IMG/VR virus record: IMGVR_UViG_638341086_000010 | Length of the DNA stretch: 39,725 bases | From: a virus | Lineage: Duplodnaviria > Heunggongvirae > Uroviricota > Caudoviricetes | Strand: one strand, 5' to 3' | Shown: in pieces, positions 35,258-39,725 of the stretch | How the letters are laid out: each line of letters starts with the position of its first letter | Position numbering within the stretch: position 1 is the first letter of the stretch | Notes under the pieces: model-generated | Databases searched by the model: none | Told to the model about the DNA's origin: nothing | The model's input: only the letters and a program-made list of their open reading frames with translations | Translations under genes and position numbers: made by a program

Positions 35258-36043
35258 ATGAGTACAGCACTCGCAACGCTGGCAGGGAAGCTGGCTGAAC
35301 GTGTCGGCATGGATTCTGTCGACCCACAGGAACTGATCACCACTCTTCGCCAGACGGCATTTAAAGGTGATGCCAGCGATGCGCAGTTCATCGCATTGTT
35401 GATCGTCGCCAACCAGTACGGCCTTAATCCGTGGACGAAAGAAATTTACGCCTTCCCTGATAAGCAGAACGGCATCGTTCCGGTGGTGGGCGTTGATGGC
35501 TGGTCCCGCATCATCAATGAAAACCAGCAGTTTGATGGCATGGACTTTGAGCAGGACAATGAATCCTGTACATGCCGGATTTACCGCAAGGACCGTAATC
35601 ATCCGATCTGCGTTACCGAATGGATGGATGAATGCCGCCGCGAACCATTCAAAACTCGCGAAGGCAGAGAAATCACGGGGCCGTGGCAGTCGCATCCCAA
35701 ACGGATGTTACGGCATAAAGCCATGATTCAGTGTGCCCGTCTGGCCTTCGGATTTGCTGGTATCTATGACAAGGATGAAGCCGAGCGCATTGTCGAAAAT
35801 ACTGCATACACTGCAGAACGTCAGCCAGAACGCGACATCACTCCGGTTAACGATGAAACCATGCAGGAGATTAACACTCTGCTGATCGCCCTGGATAAAA
35901 CATGGGATGACGACTTATTGCCGCTCTGTTCCCAGATATTTCGCCGCGACATTCGCGCATCGTCAGAACTGACACAGGCCGAAGCAGTGAAAGCTCTTGG
36001 ATTCCTGAAACAGAAAGCCACTGAGCAGAAGGTGGCAGCATGA
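35258..36043 (+). CDS. bet: Bet (Red-beta single-strand annealing recombinase), 261 aa
   Basis: 261 aa, the same length as lambda Bet, N-terminus [41 protein letters not shown].... Confidence 0.95.
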   Translation: MSTALATLAGKLAERVGMDSVDPQELITTLRQTAFKGDASDAQFIALLIVANQYGLNPWTKEIYAFPDKQNGIVPVVGVDGWSRIINENQQFDGMDFEQDNESCTCRIYRKDRNHPICVTEWMDECRREPFKTREGREITGPWQSHPKRMLRHKAMIQCARLAFGFAGIYDKDEAERIVENTAYTAERQPERDITPVNDETMQEINTLLIALDKTWDDDLLPLCSQIFRRDIRASSELTQAEAVKALGFLKQKATEQKVAA

Positions 36044-36720
36044 CACCGGACATTATCCTGCAGCGTACCGGGATCGACGTGAGAGCTGTCGAACAGGGGG
36101 ATGATGCATGGCACAAATTACGGCTCGGCGTCATCACCGCTTCAGAAGTTCACAACGTGATAGCAAAGCCCCGCTCAGGAAAAAAGTGGCCTGACATGAA
36201 AATGTCCTACTTCCACACCCTGCTGGCTGAGGTTTGCACCGGTGTGGCTCCGGAAGTTAATGCTAAGGCGCTGGCCTGGGGAAAACAGTACGAGAACGAC
36301 GCCAGAACCCTGTTTGAATTCACTTCCGGCGTGAATGTTACTGAATCCCCGATCATCTATCGCGACGAAAGTATGCGCACCGCCTGCTCTCCCGATGGTT
36401 TATGCAGTGACGGCAACGGCCTTGAACTGAAATGCCCGTTTACCTCCCGGGATTTCATGAAGTTCCGGCTCGGTGGTTTCGAGGCCATAAAATCGGCTTA
36501 CATGGCCCAGGTGCAGTACAGCATGTGGGTGACGCGAAAAGATGCCTGGTACTTTGCCAACTATGACCCGCGTATGAAGCGTGAAGGCCTGCATTATGTC
36601 GTGATTGAGCGGAATGAAAAGTACATGGCGAATTTTGACGAGATGGTGCCGGAGTTCATCGAAAAAATGGACGTGGCACTGGCTGAAATTGGTTTTGTAT
36701 TTGGGGAGCAATGGCGATGA
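36040..36720 (+). CDS. exo: Exo (Red-alpha 5-prime to 3-prime exonuclease), 226 aa
   Basis: 226 aa, the same length as lambda Exo, N-terminus [43 protein letters not shown]...; ATGA overlap with bet. Confidence 0.95.
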   Translation: MTPDIILQRTGIDVRAVEQGDDAWHKLRLGVITASEVHNVIAKPRSGKKWPDMKMSYFHTLLAEVCTGVAPEVNAKALAWGKQYENDARTLFEFTSGVNVTESPIIYRDESMRTACSPDGLCSDGNGLELKCPFTSRDFMKFRLGGFEAIKSAYMAQVQYSMWVTRKDAWYFANYDPRMKREGLHYVVIERNEKYMANFDEMVPEFIEKMDVALAEIGFVFGEQWR

Positions 36721-36878
36721 AGCATCCTCACGATAATATCCGGGTAGGCGCGATCACTTTCATCTACTCCGTTACAAAGCGAGGCTGGGTATTTCCCGGC
36801 CTTTCTGTTATCAGAAATCCACTGAAAGCACAGCGGCTGGCTGAGGCGATAAATAATAAACGGGGGCTGTATGACTGA
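36717..36878 (+). CDS. Small hypothetical protein (53 aa), translationally coupled between exo and the methyltransferase
   Basis: ATG overlaps the exo stop (ATGA) and its stop overlaps the methyltransferase start (ATGACTGA); translation [24 protein letters not shown].... Below the ORF-track threshold, read manually. Confidence 0.45.
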   Translation: MKHPHDNIRVGAITFIYSVTKRGWVFPGLSVIRNPLKAQRLAEAINNKRGLYD

Positions 36879-37428
36879 TTTCACCGGAAGCAATACTCCT
36901 GCCGAACATCGCGACAGCTGGCGCACACCACCAGAGATTTTTGCTGCGCTTAATGCAGAGTTCGTTTTTCAACTTGATGCTGCCGCCAGCGAAAAAAACC
37001 GACTATGTCGGCTTTTTATCTCACAGGAGCAGAACACATTAACCACTTCATGGCCTGAAGCAATGGGATATGCCTCTGGTTATGTCTGGTTGAATCCACC
37101 ATACAGCAATATTTCCCCTTTTGTGAAAAAGGCAGCCACTGAAAACAAATTCAGTAGTGTGGGATGTGTAATGTTATTGCCTGCTGACACATCTGTCGGA
37201 TGGTTTCATGAAGCGATACAAACCGCCAGTGAGGTCAGATTCATCACGGCAGGACGACTGGCATTTATTAACCCACTCACTGAGAAACCCGTCAGTGGAA
37301 ATAATAAAGGCTCGATGCTCATTATCTGGCACCCATACCCCCGTACACACTGCCACTTTACGACCGTTGATCGTGGAGAGTTGATGGCGTTCGGCTCAAG
37401 GATTCTTGCCCGTCGGGAGGCTGCATGA
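36871..37428 (+). CDS. Phage-type DNA N6-adenine methyltransferase (orphan, Dam-like), 185 aa
   Basis: Catalytic NPPY motif (…YVWLNPPYSNISPF…) and overall similarity to the small phage N6-adenine methyltransferase family; no adjacent restriction endonuclease gene. Confidence 0.8.
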   Translation: MTDFTGSNTPAEHRDSWRTPPEIFAALNAEFVFQLDAAASEKNRLCRLFISQEQNTLTTSWPEAMGYASGYVWLNPPYSNISPFVKKAATENKFSSVGCVMLLPADTSVGWFHEAIQTASEVRFITAGRLAFINPLTEKPVSGNNKGSMLIIWHPYPRTHCHFTTVDRGELMAFGSRILARREAA

Positions 37429-37508
37429 CAACCACGGAATGCATTTTTCTGGCAGCGGGCTTCATATTCTGTGTGCTTATGCTTGCCGATATGGGACTTG
37501 TTCAATGA
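37425..37508 (+). CDS. Small hydrophobic peptide (27 aa), candidate membrane peptide, translationally coupled
   Basis: ATG overlaps the methyltransferase stop (ATGA) and its stop overlaps the next start (ATGA); translation MTTTECIFLAAGFIFCVLMLADMGLVQ is one predicted TM helix. Coding status unverified. Confidence 0.35.
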   Translation: MTTTECIFLAAGFIFCVLMLADMGLVQ

Positions 37509-37720
37509 CACCTCAGCAGGAAAACGCCCTTCGCAGCATTGCCCGTCAGGCTAATTCTGAAATCAAAAAAGCCAGACAGCAGTTTCCGGATAAAAACGTC
37601 GATGACATTTGCCGTAGCGTACTTAAGAAGCACCGCGAAACGGTAACGCTGATGGGATTCACACCGACTCATTTAAGCCTGGCGATCGGCATGTTAAACG
37701 GCGTCTTTAAGGAACGGTGA
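37505..37720 (+). CDS. Hypothetical protein, 71 aa
   Basis: ATG coupled to the upstream small ORF; translation MTPQQENALRSIARQANSEIKKARQQFPDKNVDDICRSVLKKHRETV.... The ORF-track version (37406) runs out of frame through the methyltransferase 3-prime end. Confidence 0.55.
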   Translation: MTPQQENALRSIARQANSEIKKARQQFPDKNVDDICRSVLKKHRETVTLMGFTPTHLSLAIGMLNGVFKER

Positions 37721-37818
37721 ACATGAAAAGCAAAATCATCAGGGAGCTACAGGCTCCTTTTTTATTGTTCGCATTCATCCTCAAGCGTATTAACCAACAA
37801 TTCAGGGATTAATGGAAG

Positions 37819-38037
37819 ATGGCAGACATCATTGATTCAGCATCAGAAATCGAAGAATTACAGCGCAATACAGCAATAAAAATGCGTCGTCAGAACTACC
37901 AGACTGTATCCGCAACTCATTGTTGTGAGTGTGGCGATCCGATAGATGAGCGAAGACGCCTGGCTGTTCAGGGTTGTCGGACTTGTGCAAGTTGCCAGGA
38001 GGAGATCGAACTTAAGAACAAACAATGGGGACTGTGA
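37819..38037 (+). CDS. TraR/DksA-family C4-type zinc-finger protein, 72 aa
   Basis: Four-cysteine motif CxxC…(17)…CxxC (…CCECGDPIDERRRLAVQGCRTCASCQ…) and a size typical of phage TraR-like proteins. Confidence 0.8.
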   Translation: MADIIDSASEIEELQRNTAIKMRRQNYQTVSATHCCECGDPIDERRRLAVQGCRTCASCQEEIELKNKQWGL

Positions 38038-38084
38038 TGGCCTCAAAGCAGCAAATTTCAACATCGTCCAACTGAGGTGTAAAA

Positions 38085-38363
38085 ATGTTCAGAATCATTT
38101 TTCCTAACACCTGGTACGTCGACCACCACGGCACTCCCTGCAAAATCCTGCGTTCTACCCACAACAAAGTTCACTACATCCGAAAAGGCAGAACATGTAT
38201 CGCCAGCATGTTCCGCTTTAATCATGACTTTGAACCTGTGAATAAAGCTGATGCAGATCGGATAGCAGAAGAGATCGAAACGGCAGAACACATTAAGAAG
38301 TTACGTGACATGCGTTCAAAAAGCAGAGGTAACCATGGAATCATACAGCCTCACACTCGATGA
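38085..38363 (+). CDS. Hypothetical protein, 92 aa
   Basis: ORF with GAGGTG RBS 5 nt upstream; no recognisable motif. Confidence 0.55.
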   Translation: MFRIIFPNTWYVDHHGTPCKILRSTHNKVHYIRKGRTCIASMFRFNHDFEPVNKADADRIAEEIETAEHIKKLRDMRSKSRGNHGIIQPHTR

Positions 38364-38706
38364 GGCCTGTCAGTTTCTTAAGATATCCAGACCAACCGCC
38401 ACCAACTGGATACGAACAGGCCGCCTACAGGCAACACGTAAAGATCCAACCAAGCCAAAATCTCCTTACCTCACAACACGGCAAGCCTGCATTGCGGCGC
38501 TTCAGTCTCCGCTGCATACTGTCCAGGTGAGCGCGGGTGATGGCATAACAGAGGAAAGAAAATGTCACTCTTCCGCAGAAATGAAATATGGTATGCCTCG
38601 TATTCGCTCCCGGGCGGGAAACGAATTAAGGAATCTCTTGGCACAAAGGACAAGCGGCAAGCTCAGGAGTTGCACGACAAGCGAAAAGCAGAACTCTGGC
38701 GAGTAG
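38335..38706 (+). CDS. xis: Excisionase-like DNA-binding protein (AlpA/Xis family); 124 aa as read, with a C-terminal extension that overlaps int
   Basis: GAGGT RBS; N-terminal 60 aa resemble winged-helix excisionases (…[26 protein letters not shown]…). The frame stays open for 145 nt into int, so the true 3-prime end is uncertain. Confidence 0.55.
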   Translation: MESYSLTLDEACQFLKISRPTATNWIRTGRLQATRKDPTKPKSPYLTTRQACIAALQSPLHTVQVSAGDGITEERKCHSSAEMKYGMPRIRSRAGNELRNLLAQRTSGKLRSCTTSEKQNSGE

Positions 38707-39725
38707 AAAAGCTAGGGGATTTACCTGATGTCACTTTTGAAGAGGCCTGCCTAAGATGGCTTGAGGAAAAAGCTGATAAAAAATCTCTCGATTCAGATAA
38801 AAGCCGGATTGAGTTCTGGCTTGAACATTTTGAGGGTATAAGGCTTAAAGATATCTCGGAGGCAAAGATTTACTCTGCTGTAAGCAGAATGCATAACAGA
38901 AAGACGAAAGAAATATGGAAACAGAAAGTTCAGGCCGCCATCAGGAAAGGTAAAGAACTGCCTGTTTATGAACCAAAGCCAGTATCAACTCAGACAAAGG
39001 CAAAGCATCTTGCCATGATAAAGGCCATTCTCCGTGCTGCAGAACGCGACTGGAAGTGGCTGGAAAAAGCGCCTGTCATCAAGATACCAGCGGTCAGAAA
39101 CAAGCGAGTCAGATGGCTGGAAAAGGAGGAAGCAAAACGCCTTATTGATGAGTGCCCCGAACCACTGAAATCTGTCGTCAAGTTTGCGCTGGCAACTGGT
39201 CTGAGAAAGTCGAACATCATAAATCTGGAATGGCAACAAATCGACATGCAGCGACGAGTTGCCTGGGTGAATCCAGAAGAGAGCAAATCAAACCGCGCCA
39301 TTGGTGTGGCGCTGAACGATACCGCCTGTAAAGTGTTGCGTGATCAAATAGGCAAGCATCACAAATGGGTGTTTGTACATACCAAGGCGGCTAAGCGAGC
39401 AGATGGAACATCAACGCCTGCGGTCAGGAAGATGCGCATCGACAGCAAGACATCATGGCTATCAGCTTGTCGTCGTGCAGGAATTGAAGATTTCCGTTTC
39501 CATGACCTCAGACACACCTGGGCAAGCTGGCTGATTCAGTCAGGCGTCCCATTATCAGTGCTTCAGGAAATGGGCGGATGGGAGTCCATAGAAATGGTTC
39601 GTAGGTATGCTCACCTTGCGCCTAATCATTTGACAGAGCATGCGAGGAAAATAGACGACATTTTTGGTGATAATGTCCCAAATATGTCCCACTCTGGAAT
39701 TATGGAGGATATAAAGAAGGCGTAA
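38562..39725 (+). CDS. intD: Tyrosine integrase (DLP12 IntD-type), 387 aa
   Basis: C-terminal catalytic motifs (…[11 protein letters not shown]… …[15 protein letters not shown]…); the whole translation matches the DLP12 integrase as recalled. The gene ends at the window edge, so the att site and target tRNA are outside the window. Confidence 0.92.
   Translation: MSLFRRNEIWYASYSLPGGKRIKESLGTKDKRQAQELHDKRKAELWRVEKLGDLPDVTFEEACLRWLEEKADKKSLDSDKSRIEFWLEHFEGIRLKDISEAKIYSAVSRMHNRKTKEIWKQKVQAAIRKGKELPVYEPKPVSTQTKAKHLAMIKAILRAAERDWKWLEKAPVIKIPAVRNKRVRWLEKEEAKRLIDECPEPLKSVVKFALATGLRKSNIINLEWQQIDMQRRVAWVNPEESKSNRAIGVALNDTACKVLRDQIGKHHKWVFVHTKAAKRADGTSTPAVRKMRIDSKTSWLSACRRAGIEDFRFHDLRHTWASWLIQSGVPLSVLQEMGGWESIEMVRRYAHLAPNHLTEHARKIDDIFGDNVPNMSHSGIMEDIKKA

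Noticed and set aside
35219-35695. 158-aa minus-strand ORF inside bet
   Set aside because: Antisense to bet, which matches lambda Bet throughout.

Overview
This window is almost entirely a lambdoid prophage of an Escherichia coli-type genome, read here in reverse lambda orientation. Identifications rest on reading the ORF translations and recalling the lambda and E. coli K-12 DLP12 proteins from memory; no database search was run. From high to low coordinates: a DLP12-type tyrosine integrase and Xis-like gene (the attachment site lies beyond the window end); an early-left operon on the plus strand (unknown first gene, gam, bet, exo, small coupled ORFs, an orphan Dam-like adenine methyltransferase, a TraR/DksA-like zinc finger); a Rac-like immunity region (CI-type repressor with S24 peptidase domain, Cro/YdaS-like, YdaT-like) with no N gene; lambda-like O (with internal iterons), P and ren; a visibly AT-rich cargo block (emrE, large serine recombinase ybcK, ybcL, ybcM); a 1310-bp IS629-type IS3-family element that truncates bor at codon 21 and sits where the nin region, Q and the lysis cassette should be; an intact lambda-like cos site; then a complete, nearly lambda-identical head and tail gene set Nu1-A-W-B-C/Nu3-D-E-FI-FII-Z-U-V-G/T-H-M-L-K-I-J, followed by lom, stf, tfa and a small serine recombinase at the left edge. 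The prophage therefore looks defective for late-gene activation and lysis while keeping integration, immunity, replication, packaging site and virion genes. The most interesting points are the IS-associated loss of Q and lysis, the diverged J receptor-binding C-terminus, the N-less structured pL leader, the AT-rich cargo block with its own recombinase, and the translationally coupled methyltransferase/small-peptide chain. No CRISPR array, rRNA or tRNA was seen.
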